Source: a virus. Taken from it: a stretch of DNA of 64,000 nt. A program made the position numbers and the translations under genes. The stretch is taken from the IMG/VR virus record IMGVR_UViG_3300008055_000251. The stretch is one strand, 5' to 3'. The notes below the pieces were generated by a model. It made no database searches. It was not told the DNA's origin and worked only from the letters and a program-made list of their open reading frames with translations. Numbering within the stretch: the stretch's first letter is position 1; each line of letters starts with the position of its first letter. Shown here one piece after another: positions 44,101-52,711 of the stretch.

Positions 44101-46829
44101 CGCATCTGCTGCTCTAATTGCAGAGATTTCTGCCGCTCACTCCACTCAAAATCTGTGATCTCTTTTGTGAGCTGTTTGCGGACCTCTTTCAGCTCTTTCT
44201 CAAGTCCTAGGCGTTCCTTGGCAAGTATCTGAACGTCATCCTTGGCTTTATCATTTTCTTTTATGCGATCCTGAAACTCAGATAGACGATTTAACTCATC
44301 TCTAACTCGTGCAATTTGTGTGCGGATCTCCTGAGGATCTAGGCTCTGGCTAAAACTTAAGAAGAACGCCTTAGCATTTGCGGCTATGTTGTCAGCACCA
44401 CCCGAGCTCGAAGCTATCTCGGCCTCGAGGTCTCTCAGTTTGGTGTATTGATCTACTAGGCCACCCAGTTTTTTAGTTAGATCATCTACACGACTGCTGA
44501 GTATTTGTTGCTCAAACGCTTTGGCTGCTTTGGTTGCTGCTGTGGCGTTTTCTCCGACCTCGGCGTAAACAGTGCTCAGTCGTTTGACCGCCAGTTCTGC
44601 GCGTGTTTGGTCGGCGATCTCTTGTTGGGCCCGTTGGAAACGCTGGAACAAATCAAAAGCTAGAGTAATTGCTAGCTGTAGGGCAACGAGCTGTAGAGAG
44701 AAACTTACAAAGCTCGTGATCATTTCCTTTATTTTGGAGCCGACTGTTTGGCTGGCTTTCCCTAAGTTATCTCTAACGCTAGTATTGAAATCTGCGATAC
44801 CTTGTCGCACTTGTTGTGTTTTTACCTGCAGACTATCAAGGGCATTGGCTGTTCTTATGCCGAACTGAGCAACACTAATTTGAGCTTTTTGGAAAGCTGC
44901 GTCTACGCCTAGCAGTGCCTGCCCGATCTGACTAATAAAAACAGCGACTTGTCCGAATTTCGGACCAGACTGTTGCACGAGCTCGGCTATCTGAATTAAG
45001 AAGACGCCAAGCTGAACAACCGCAGCTCGTAGTCCGACAATCAGGGCAGTTATGCCCGTTGTAACTGCTGTGACGAGTACTCGACCTAGATTCGATACTA
45101 AGGTCGATGCACCTGCGATAGCTGCAGAAAAACCAGTAAGTATCAGATCAGCGACACCGGCAAGCTGTACTTTGAGCCAGTTGAAGCCTTGTCCTAGTTT
45201 TTGTACGGTATCTAGAACACTTGGAACAACATTGCGAAGTACAAATAAAGTCTTCGCCAAAGGAAGTACACCTACGCGGTTCAAAACATCGAACTGCGCT
45301 CCGAACTGATTTAGGTACTGAGCTATGGGATTCTTTAGAATTTCACCGTATATATTTAGCAGTGCGGTAAATGCGGGGATTACTGTTTTGTTAAGTACTT
45401 CTCCAACGCCGATTAGAGCGCTTAGATAAATCTTGAATTGCTCAAACTTAAAAGCAGCGAAGCCTTTTGCGAGATTTGCTAATCCACTTGCGATCTGCGC
45501 TACCGCTTTTACGGCTTGATCCGCCAGAGTTGCGATTTGGGGACGCAAGCGGTCCACCGCGCTCTGGATCTGCAGGAACATCTGAACAGCGGCCTGCTCG
45601 CCTTGCTGCCCTACGCCGATTTGGCGGCGTTGACTGAAGTTGGCAAGGGTTGGGGCCGCTGCCGCAGCGCCCACGACACCTCGTGCGACTGCTCCGAAGG
45701 CTTTACCCAGTGCGTCTGCGATCCCGAAGGAACTCTTGAAGACGAGCTGAAGGCGCTCATACAGGATGGTCAAGCCATCAAGAAGTGGGGCTAGAAGTCC
45801 TTTACCAAAAGCACGCTTCAGCTCGTCTTGAAACTCAGCGATATTGCTGGTGATGCCGGCGAAGCCCTTTGCGGCCATCGCTTGACCAGCGGTGAAGGCT
45901 GAGAGCCGTCGCTGCAAGAACGCAACCAAACCCTCAGCAGAGTTCTTTGCTTTTGTGACGTCCTCGTTGGTGAGCCCTAGAGAGCGCGCGAGGACTGAGT
46001 TCTGATCGATCGTTCCGGTCAGGATGGAACGTATTTCTTGCGTGGCATACGTCGGGTCAGAAAGCCCGAGGGTACCGAGAGCGGCACTAAAAGTAATAGC
46101 TAGATCCTCGGCATCTTTTAGACCTCCTCCGATATTGCCGATTTGCGACGCTACGACGCCGAAGACTTGAACAATTGCTTCGGACGTTGTACCCGCAATT
46201 TCAAGGGAACGTTGTCTAATATTGTCGATTGTGTTGTTTATGGGTTTTTCTAGTTTGAGAATCGCTTCGTAGGGATCCGTTATTCGGCGACCGTTGACCG
46301 CGACATCGGCTGTAGATACTAGAGTTGTTTTTGTACGCAGTAAGGCTTCTTGCAGCTGGATCTCCCTTCCGATAGTATCGGTAAAGAAAGCTCCGAATGC
46401 ACTTTTTAGTGTGTTTACAGATTGAGTTACTCCAAATACGGTGTAGCCGAGATTGGCTGTGGCTTTAGCTAAGCTGTCGACACCGTTTAGCGACGCGCTA
46501 ATTGATGTGCCTAGTAAATTTCCTGGAGTTGCACTGGAAATTAGCCTAAAGGCTTTTACGACTTTCTCTCCTGTTTTAGACGCTATATCTCCTAGGTCTT
46601 CAATGTCTTGAATGCGGCCGCCTATAATAGGCATTTGGCGCGCTATCTTGTATGTTGTCCCTAATGCCTCTCCTAATTGCTTTACCCCAGCTATAGTCTC
46701 ATTTATACTTGGGATACTTATATTGATTTTCTTGTCTTGACTGATATTGCTTAGACGCTTGTCTAGCTTATTGACTTTATCATCAGCTTCTTTGGTCTCT
46801 GCGACAACTCGGATCGTATAGTCAGCCAC
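41196..46829 (-). CDS. tail tape measure protein
   Basis: 1877 aa, helical Ala/Gln-rich, follows the chaperone pair; C-terminal ARGGPVSARRPYIVGEVGPELFVP. Confidence 0.93.
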   Translation of the reverse strand: MADYTIRVVAETKEADDKVNKLDKRLSNISQDKKINISIPSINETIAGVKQLGEALGTTYKIARQMPIIGGRIQDIEDLGDIASKTGEKVVKAFRLISSATPGNLLGTSISASLNGVDSLAKATANLGYTVFGVTQSVNTLKSAFGAFFTDTIGREIQLQEALLRTKTTLVSTADVAVNGRRITDPYEAILKLEKPINNTIDNIRQRSLEIAGTTSEAIVQVFGVVASQIGNIGGGLKDAEDLAITFSAALGTLGLSDPTYATQEIRSILTGTIDQNSVLARSLGLTNEDVTKAKNSAEGLVAFLQRRLSAFTAGQAMAAKGFAGITSNIAEFQDELKRAFGKGLLAPLLDGLTILYERLQLVFKSSFGIADALGKAFGAVARGVVGAAAAAPTLANFSQRRQIGVGQQGEQAAVQMFLQIQSAVDRLRPQIATLADQAVKAVAQIASGLANLAKGFAAFKFEQFKIYLSALIGVGEVLNKTVIPAFTALLNIYGEILKNPIAQYLNQFGAQFDVLNRVGVLPLAKTLFVLRNVVPSVLDTVQKLGQGFNWLKVQLAGVADLILTGFSAAIAGASTLVSNLGRVLVTAVTTGITALIVGLRAAVVQLGVFLIQIAELVQQSGPKFGQVAVFISQIGQALLGVDAAFQKAQISVAQFGIRTANALDSLQVKTQQVRQGIADFNTSVRDNLGKASQTVGSKIKEMITSFVSFSLQLVALQLAITLAFDLFQRFQRAQQEIADQTRAELAVKRLSTVYAEVGENATAATKAAKAFEQQILSSRVDDLTKKLGGLVDQYTKLRDLEAEIASSSGGADNIAANAKAFFLSFSQSLDPQEIRTQIARVRDELNRLSEFQDRIKENDKAKDDVQILAKERLGLEKELKEVRKQLTKEITDFEWSERQKSLQLEQQMRDALAQEQRSQLEERQRIENRGLSDIGNNLKQIFDEYETALFDAQVESQRQQTELVIKRNEIEKQLSDYKYKLEEQTLKLREKMGQMNKKIVDYEAAQRIRASKEALRYALQAAAIQGEDFVVTDEDKKSFLNAATQQGVSAERALALLKTGAGRNLGLSSATPAQQVIAALKENYAGALTMSAPEFENALNMRAKVFMGQSQGGTFALQLAEQELGTGRFKRTAPVAPPKMEELGSFVDIGGNTARMRASLESNFALARELVDRTSAIRDNQDLARFLERLGDPANWGVAAAEVGRLDKEILQLKNDTEALSKSIASGLTDPSALQSITPVKTAIDVFLTQVYDQLAKSSLLNGVSPDIISGNKQGVSNVLRSAATGNTSLAAARAEIDRLLGGAPILADAIKAILGDPGKNTGIIGALRNAADLTKLQSQLLLETLRNDFTKLIQQAIDIRPGVQGLLDRFSQAQQALTLPGYSLENANRRSDLAAQTYLGSQLNRLTPEQRAANPNLVPELQAQASQLAESYRRTNEQLDPLNRAVENFEQRLGMAVAATEAYATASRGLLESLFSGTTDFREALSNFTQTISQGFVQQFLDIAMAPMQEQVFDRMKKLFGVQSAEDRAKSAMDALAASQTTLGQKTDQLKDAVSNNTTALTAVAAGIGGPDLDANTSGIPYGIRIGDTVGSLAPRKQVPAAGIKLPALTGAESEYEMMTRLGNLGPAYVADIEGMLEQSFKGIGESLTQLGTVAETTSQQTGNAAATGEKGFGKFLGAMTGVATGALAITGAIQAMQDSEGGTYGTLMGIAGILGGLGAIAGGVGGIMKARGGPVSARRPYIVGEVGPELFVPDAGGTIIPNDRIAFTGAGSSSSEGGSSSVSNAFSTINNTAIPFTKSTERLVAERAERETIAAINSPKPLDVRFESSVINGVEYVTAEQHRKGMAEAAERGRTLTLSALQNSIKSRRQVGLV

Positions 46830-46859
46830 CTTGCTCTGCGACCATGCGGTATGTCTATG

Positions 46860-47348
46860 TTAAGACTGCCGGTTGGCGGGAGTCATCAGAGCCGAGAAGA
46901 CGTGCATTGGAATTCTTCGAGCTCGGGCCAAGTTGCTCAATGTGTATCTAGTAACTTCGTCCGGACCTTCAGCAGTTTCTAAGTCCGGTTTCCAGTCAGG
47001 GAAAGGCAAGAAATCTTTTACTTGCAATTTAGGCGCAGGGCCCTTAGAGCCAGAAAAACCATGCGCTATTTGTATTAGAGTAGCTGTTAATCGTGCTGTT
47101 GCCAGCGCTTGCAAGTTGGCTTGCTCTTGTTCGTGATCTAAAGCACGCTTGGTTGCCCAACGTATGACTGATACGGGCGTGCGGACAAACCGCTCTCGGG
47201 TGAAGTCATCTTTGAGAGGGGATGCCCGCAGCTTAAAGTAGATATCGTCCCAGTCCGTTAATGGAGTTCTAAGTAAGGTCTCGCACTCGCTTAGGATTTC
47301 TTCCGGGGTGGGCTGAACTCCTGCTCCGCGTTGTCGTCTGCGTTTTTT
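46860..47348 (-). CDS. tail assembly chaperone GT extension (-1 frameshift product)
   Basis: Open -1 frame without its own ATG from the A-AAA-AAC slippery site (47348-47342) to stop at 46860: KRRRQRGAGVQPTPEEILSECETLLRTPLTDWDDIYFKL... Confidence 0.75.
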   Translation of the reverse strand, partial: KKRRRQRGAGVQPTPEEILSECETLLRTPLTDWDDIYFKLRASPLKDDFTRERFVRTPVSVIRWATKRALDHEQEQANLQALATARLTATLIQIAHGFSGSKGPAPKLQVKDFLPFPDWKPDLETAEGPDEVTRYTLSNLARARRIPMHVFSALMTPANRQS

Positions 47349-47839
47349 GCTTCGTCCTTCTGGGGCCAGCCGTCACGCTCCCACATGACGAGCTCGAAGA
47401 CTTGATCCATGAGTTTAGACGGCATATTTTCGGTGTCTTCTTGTTCCCAGTCCTTTAGTTGTACCCATTGCTCGCCGTCCAGCTTGGATTCACCCCTGTA
47501 CTGCATAAACAGTGTTACGAATTCTACTCGCTGCTGTACGGCACCGATGCTATCGACTTGAAGATCGTCTAATTCTGCTGCGTATTCGTAGACAAGGTCT
47601 GTTTCTTCGCTTCCCACTTTGCCTAGCAGCTCAACTGCTTCTTTGGTGCTAATGCCCTTGTCTTTAGCAATACGCTGCGCAAGCTTGATAGACTTAAACG
47701 TAGAGCGCGATTGCTTCTTAGAGAATTCCTCGATGCCCTTGGCTTCACCAGGCACTAAATCGTGATAAACAGGAAAGCGGAATGGCCCGATTTCACAATA
47801 GGTTGCGGGCTTAAAGAGAAGTGCGCTGTACTTGCTCAT
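47291..47839 (-). CDS. tail assembly chaperone G
   Basis: Acidic 182 aa ORF between tail tube and tape measure containing the slippery heptamer. Confidence 0.8.
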   Translation of the reverse strand: MSKYSALLFKPATYCEIGPFRFPVYHDLVPGEAKGIEEFSKKQSRSTFKSIKLAQRIAKDKGISTKEAVELLGKVGSEETDLVYEYAAELDDLQVDSIGAVQQRVEFVTLFMQYRGESKLDGEQWVQLKDWEQEDTENMPSKLMDQVFELVMWERDGWPQKDEAKNADDNAEQEFSPPRKKS

Positions 47840-48065
47840 TGCGGATAGGGAGCGCTACCTGCCACGCTCGATGCGGCGTGGTTTGGTTGACAAGCTCGGT
47901 GGGGATTTCAACCTCCAGGCTAGCGCCGTCATACGCCAAGCGTATACACTGACTCTGGACGAGGGGTTCAAGGTAGAGGGCTCCGCAGTGGAGCGTGGAG
48001 CCTTCCACCACACAATTCACCGCGAAGACGGTGTTGATGGGATCGATGAGTAGATCGTGCTGCAT
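47811..48065 (-). CDS. small hypothetical protein
   Basis: MQHDLLIDPINTVFAVNC...; fills the gap after the tail-tube terminator. Confidence 0.5.
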   Translation of the reverse strand: MQHDLLIDPINTVFAVNCVVEGSTLHCGALYLEPLVQSQCIRLAYDGASLEVEIPTELVNQTTPHRAWQVALPIRNEQVQRTSL

Positions 48066-48074
48066 GGCGGCATG

Positions 48075-48098
48075 AAAAAAGCCCCGATGTACGGGGCT
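48075..48098 (-). terminator. rho-independent terminator after major tail gene
   Basis: AGCCCCG-TACAT-CGGGGCT followed by TTTTT on the minus strand. Confidence 0.75.
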
Positions 48099-48126
48099 CG
48101 AGTGTGCTGAACCGTCCTCGTGGAGG

Positions 48127-49131
48127 TTAAGCGGTGCGGAAGGTCGTGGTGAACCCTTGGATGGGGCGCTTGACACCAGAGGCGGATGCGGCGCCGTTGG
48201 CGTCGACAGCCTGAGTGATGGCGCCGTCGGCGACAACCAGGCGGAAGATGGTGCCGGCACCGAGGTTCGCACTCGGGTTGATGGTGACCACGTTGCTGGC
48301 CAGGCTGACGGTGGCGGGCACCTTCACACCGGTGGAAGCGACTTCCAGGCGGAAGCCGGAGCCATCGGTTTGGCCCAGAGCGAGTTGGGTCAGCGCAGCG
48401 GTGCCATTGCTGGTGTAGGTCACGGTCAGGTCGTCGCCCACTGCCACAGCCGAAGCATTGTTGGCAGGCACAACTGCGGCCTGACGGGTGCCGTTCACCA
48501 GGAAGAGCAGCGAGGACTGGACGCCGCCGCTGCTGATCGCGGTGGAGCCGGCGTCGTAGCGGCCGAACACAGGGCGTGCTCGGGACATCAGGTCGAACGA
48601 GATCTCGGTGAGGCCCTCAGCAGTGAGGTTCTCCGAGTAGTTCTGGATCACGGCGTTGAAGCCGGTGAAGTCGTAGATGTAGTTGCCGGTAGTGCCGTCG
48701 GCCTGACCCAGCTCTTTAAGGAACTCGATATAGATCTCGTAGTCCTTGTTGTAGCGGGCCTTTTGGATCAGCTCGAAGCCTTCGTTGTAGCCGCCGCGGA
48801 AGACGGGGCAGTCCTGGCCGGCGGGGACTTCGGTGTCCTTGAGGAAGTAGGCGGTGACGGAAGCTTGCACCGAGGAACCGGTGATCACCGAGTCCATCCA
48901 GCCGTCATCGCCCAGGAGGCGGAACTCCTGGTTGTTGTCGTTGATCTGGAAGCTGGTGTTGGTGATGCCCTGCAGTTCGACGTAGCGGGAGCCGGCGTCG
49001 AGGGTGGGCAGGGTGATCAGGCCCGCGGTGGAACGCGAGGCAAAGTAGCGGCAGGGAGGGTTCAGATCCACGGCGCGGACGATGGTCCGGTGAGCCTTGT
49101 GGAACGACAACCCGATGGCGTAGTCGGCCAT
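48127..49131 (-). CDS. major tail tube protein with C-terminal Ig-like domain
   Basis: Very high codon bias; tube-like N-terminus; C-terminal VVPANNAS...VVTINPSANL Ig-like domain. Confidence 0.85.
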   Translation of the reverse strand: MADYAIGLSFHKAHRTIVRAVDLNPPCRYFASRSTAGLITLPTLDAGSRYVELQGITNTSFQINDNNQEFRLLGDDGWMDSVITGSSVQASVTAYFLKDTEVPAGQDCPVFRGGYNEGFELIQKARYNKDYEIYIEFLKELGQADGTTGNYIYDFTGFNAVIQNYSENLTAEGLTEISFDLMSRARPVFGRYDAGSTAISSGGVQSSLLFLVNGTRQAAVVPANNASAVAVGDDLTVTYTSNGTAALTQLALGQTDGSGFRLEVASTGVKVPATVSLASNVVTINPSANLGAGTIFRLVVADGAITQAVDANGAASASGVKRPIQGFTTTFRTA

Positions 49132-49143
49132 GGTGGTGACTCC

Positions 49144-49617
49144 TTAGGGGATCGGGGGGTTCAGGACGGCTCCGCGGATGCGAGCCGTGAGGGCCTCGAA
49201 GGTGACCTCGGTCCGGGCCATGTACGTGACTTGGTCCCGTGGGAAGGCACGTGCCAGGCGGCGGCTGATGTCCAGCAGCGAGACGGGCATTCGGGTGCCT
49301 TCTTTGGTGCCGAAGTTCGTGAAGCGGACGTTCCAGGTCTCAAAAGACAGAACGGCGCCTACCGAACCAGGGCTGGTGATCTCAGGGACGTCCTCGATGA
49401 CGCACTCGATGCCCGTGACGGCCCAGTTGGACGGGACCATGGAGGCGCCGGTGACGTAAACCGCGGGGACGCGGCTGGCGTCGGGGAGCGTGTAGTACCC
49501 AGGCCAGGCGGTGTATGCCTTGAGGGTGGTTCCGTCGCTCTCGTAGAGACCGAGGATGTGGAGCTCAAGAGTGCGCCGAAGCGCAGTCACCGGTGGGCAG
49601 TGGGTTGAGATCGTCAT
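49144..49617 (-). CDS. head-tail joining / tail terminator protein
   Basis: Position directly upstream of tail tube; start ATG 49617 overlaps upstream stop. Confidence 0.6.
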   Translation of the reverse strand: MTISTHCPPVTALRRTLELHILGLYESDGTTLKAYTAWPGYYTLPDASRVPAVYVTGASMVPSNWAVTGIECVIEDVPEITSPGSVGAVLSFETWNVRFTNFGTKEGTRMPVSLLDISRRLARAFPRDQVTYMARTEVTFEALTARIRGAVLNPPIP

Positions 49618-49988
49618 TGCTGCGCCTCCAGAGCGGAGCGCAGCAGTTCGCCGAACTTGGCGGGAGCCTCCTCGAGAGGGGCTTTGGTCCAAGGGCGACC
49701 GGGGAAGCGGAGCCCAGTAGTGGACACTCCGCCCTCGTGGACTTGGTTCGCGTATTCGACCGGCCAGGAGAAGGTGATGGAGCCGTCGGCATTGACGACT
49801 CGGGTCTGGCTGGCGCGAAGGCGACCGGTATCCACGATGTCCCGCACCGCAGGTGGTGTGGGATAGGGCCACTTCACCGCGGAGATCTCCTGGGTGAAGC
49901 GGGTGTCAAGCCAGGTGCCGAGCTGACGCATCGCCTGAGCCTTAGCGAGCTCGACGGCTTGACTGAGTTCGCGTTTTGGGCGGGCCAT
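49614..49988 (-). CDS. tail completion protein (HK97 gp10-like)
   Basis: VRDIVDTGRLRASQ...YANQVHEG...RPW pattern. Confidence 0.7.
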   Translation of the reverse strand: MARPKRELSQAVELAKAQAMRQLGTWLDTRFTQEISAVKWPYPTPPAVRDIVDTGRLRASQTRVVNADGSITFSWPVEYANQVHEGGVSTTGLRFPGRPWTKAPLEEAPAKFGELLRSALEAQQ

Positions 49989-50386
49989 TAGGTCGGGCCT
50001 CCGATAACGCGGAAGGTGCCTTCGATGGATTGACGGAGGTCGTTCCGGTGGAACGCATCCATGCCCAAGTCGAAGACGAGCTCGAAACGACCTCGGTAGC
50101 CGTTGATCACAGCTTCGGCTTGAGAGCCGTTCGTGATACGGGCGTCGAGGATCGCGGGGCTGAGCAGGCGGCCTCGGCAGGAGTAGGTGGTGTTGTCGGC
50201 GCCGGCCTCGGCTTTCCAAGACGGGGCTTGAAGAGTGAGGGCGGCGAGGTATTCGACAATTTCAGTGGACTGGATCGCGTTGCCGGTGGCGGGATCTGTG
50301 GTGGCAAACCCCGTGCCGACTTCAAACGCGAGCTGGGCGTTACCCCAGGGGGCGTAGGAGGCGATGGTGGTTGCCGAGATCGCCAT
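49988..50386 (-). CDS. head closure / head-tail connector protein
   Basis: Position in the neck cluster. Confidence 0.6.
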   Translation of the reverse strand: MAISATTIASYAPWGNAQLAFEVGTGFATTDPATGNAIQSTEIVEYLAALTLQAPSWKAEAGADNTTYSCRGRLLSPAILDARITNGSQAEAVINGYRGRFELVFDLGMDAFHRNDLRQSIEGTFRVIGGPT

Positions 50387-50388
50387 GG

Positions 50389-50697
50389 CTAGAGGGCGAA
50401 TCCACTGAGAGCGCGGCTGTCGAGCAGTCGCTTGTACTCCTGGCCGTAGAGCGTGGCGTCAAAGCCGGAACCCGTGGGAGCTCCGGATTTCGCCTCGATC
50501 TGGAGGCCGATCTGCATCGTTCGAGTCGCTAATAGATGCGCAGTGAGGTAACCGACAGCGTCTGTGTGAACAGCGCCGAAGACGGTGGCGGAGGCGTAGC
50601 GTCCGGCCTCGGCCAGCGCGCCTTCAACCACCGAGAGCGATTGCTCGCCGAACTCGGGGAAGCGAAGGAGGAATGCGCTGGTCGAGGGAACTGCCAT
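50389..50697 (-). CDS. head-tail adaptor (DUF4054-like)
   Basis: FLLRFPEF...YLTAHLL...TLYGQEY pattern. Confidence 0.85.
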   Translation of the reverse strand: MAVPSTSAFLLRFPEFGEQSLSVVEGALAEAGRYASATVFGAVHTDAVGYLTAHLLATRTMQIGLQIEAKSGAPTGSGFDATLYGQEYKRLLDSRALSGFAL

Positions 50698-51113
50698 CAG
50701 CCGTTACCTTCAGTGATCGCAGTGATCCGCTTGCCAATGGCATTGCGGACTTTGATGCGCTGCTCTTTAGCGGCCCACTTGTTGAGCTGCTCGATGTCGA
50801 AGGAGGCTTCGACCAGCTCGAGGGCCTGGGTGATCGGCAGATCCGCGATGGTGTCTGCGTTCACCGAGGTGGTTACACCGTCCTCGGTTGTCACCTCCTC
50901 GGCTTCGATGCGCAGGGCACCGAGCTTGAGGAGGTTCTTCACCACGTCGTAGTCCTTGATCTTTTCCCAGACGGCCTCGGGGAAGTTCCGAGTGACGCCA
51001 GAGGCGACCTGAATGTGGTCAGAGAGACCTGCGCCGCCTACGAACGAGAAACCGATGGTGCATTCTTTGTCCATCGGGGGGTTTTCAAGTTCGGGTCGGT
51101 AAACGAGGATCAT
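50697..51113 (-). CDS. hypothetical head-associated protein
   Basis: 138 aa downstream of capsid gene; C-terminal helical EQRIKVRNAIGKR. Confidence 0.65.
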   Translation of the reverse strand: MILVYRPELENPPMDKECTIGFSFVGGAGLSDHIQVASGVTRNFPEAVWEKIKDYDVVKNLLKLGALRIEAEEVTTEDGVTTSVNADTIADLPITQALELVEASFDIEQLNKWAAKEQRIKVRNAIGKRITAITEGNG

Positions 51114-51152
51114 GACTAAGACGAGATGAATGGATAACCGATTCTGAAAAGG

Positions 51153-52070
51153 TCAAGCCTTCTCAAGGACGATGGCGCTCTTGGGGTAATAGAGCGCGAG
51201 GCCGCCGATGCGTGCGTGAGCGGCAACGGAGAACTCCAGGGCCTGACGCAGGGGAGGCAGGAACTCCAGGGGCTGGGGGATGTGCAGCTGCAGCTTGTCG
51301 GGGCTGCGGTCGTACACCACGATGCGGTCCTTGGAGAGGGAGCCGCCCGATTTGCCGGCCTCGAGCTCGTTGATGGGCTCGATGGCGGAGATCATCGGGT
51401 TGGTGCGCAGGAAGAACTCCATCACCGTGGTGTCGGAGGTGGTGCTGCGCGGGGTGGTGGAGATGACGCGGTACACGTTGTAGGGCACCAGCATCGTGTT
51501 GGGCATCTCCTTCATGTTGGAGTTCTGCACGAGGCGGGTGGGTGCCTCGTTGAGCAGTTCCAGCATTTCGTCGGTGGTAACACCGGACGTGTCGAACCAC
51601 TTGTTGGGGACAAGTTTGTCGACTTGGTCGTTGTTGAAGAAGCCCTTCATGCCGGAGGGGGCATCGCCGAAGTAGGCGATCTCCTGCACTTTCTCCTCGT
51701 AGGCGCGGCGCACAGCGTTGGCGCGGCGCTGCTCCAGGTTCATGCCGGGCACCATGGCGGCGGCACGGGTTTCCTGGATGGTGTAGGCGAAGGATGCACC
51801 GAGGGAGCGAACCGGGTGGGTCACTTCCTTGCGGAGCACGTCAGCGCGGGGCAGGTCTTGGGCCTTGTCCCCGATCACCTTCATCGAGCCTTGCTTGTCG
51901 AAGACGCGATAGGTGAAGGAGTCAGCGCCGTTGCCCACTTCAGAAGAAATGGGGATCAGGCTGCTGTACTTGATGTCGGCGTACTCAACCTCGAAAGTGC
52001 GAGCCAGGATGGTTTCCAGCTCGCGGGCGAGAAAAACGCCGACCTCGTCGTTACGGATTTCGGTGGTCAT
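51153..52070 (-). CDS. major capsid protein (DUF2184-type, HK97 fold)
   Basis: MTTEIRNDEVGVFLARELETI...YTIQE...EIAYFGDAPSGMKGFFN...GGLALYYP; strong codon bias. Confidence 0.92.
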   Translation of the reverse strand: MTTEIRNDEVGVFLARELETILARTFEVEYADIKYSSLIPISSEVGNGADSFTYRVFDKQGSMKVIGDKAQDLPRADVLRKEVTHPVRSLGASFAYTIQETRAAAMVPGMNLEQRRANAVRRAYEEKVQEIAYFGDAPSGMKGFFNNDQVDKLVPNKWFDTSGVTTDEMLELLNEAPTRLVQNSNMKEMPNTMLVPYNVYRVISTTPRSTTSDTTVMEFFLRTNPMISAIEPINELEAGKSGGSLSKDRIVVYDRSPDKLQLHIPQPLEFLPPLRQALEFSVAAHARIGGLALYYPKSAIVLEKA

Positions 52071-52087
52071 GGGAGGAAGCTCCGTGA

Positions 52088-52699
52088 TCAAGAGTCGGCG
52101 GAGTAGGTCATGCCGGGGATGTCAATCTCCAGCAGAGCCAGACCACCGGCCGTGGTTTCGGACACCCAGCGGGCGCCAGTGACGGCGATGGTTTTGGTGG
52201 CGACGGCGGTTTTGCCGAAGCGACCGAGGAAGGCGCCGGCGGTGGTGCCGGTGTAATCAGCCTTGTAGAAGCGGACGGCATCACCGATGGCGATGGCGTC
52301 AACGCTGTACACCCAGACGACCCCTTTGGAGACCACGTTGACGGTCTCTTTGTCGGGGTAACCCAGACGGCCGTCGGAGTAGACGGGGGTGGGGTTCGGG
52401 GTGTAGGCGGAACCACCGGAGACGCCCTCGAGGACTTGGGAGCTCACGGTGATGCCCTGAATCAGGGTGGTGCCGGTAGCGATCTCGACGGCGAGGGCGT
52501 CGTTGCTGGTGGGGGTGTTGTCAGTCGCGACAAGCACGCCGTAGGGAAGGGCGGCGCCGGACTGGTTGCGGTACGAGCGGCAGACATAGGCCTGCAGGTC
52601 GGCCAGCATGCCCTCGTGACCAGCGACTTCGCGCAGCGGGTAGCTGCCCTGAGCGCCGGCCGGATTGGCGACGGTGGTAGCGGTAAAGGTGACTGCCAT
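52088..52699 (-). CDS. capsid decoration/cement protein
   Basis: ALPYGVLV...VNVVSKGVVWV pattern; between protease and capsid genes. Confidence 0.75.
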   Translation of the reverse strand: MAVTFTATTVANPAGAQGSYPLREVAGHEGMLADLQAYVCRSYRNQSGAALPYGVLVATDNTPTSNDALAVEIATGTTLIQGITVSSQVLEGVSGGSAYTPNPTPVYSDGRLGYPDKETVNVVSKGVVWVYSVDAIAIGDAVRFYKADYTGTTAGAFLGRFGKTAVATKTIAVTGARWVSETTAGGLALLEIDIPGMTYSADS

Positions 52700-52711
52700 G
52701 GAAGGAACTCC

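Noticed and set aside
48157-49608. 483 aa plus-strand ORF (and similar long plus-strand ORFs at 51216-52106 and 52436-53659)
   Set aside because: Shadows of strongly codon-biased structural genes on the minus strand
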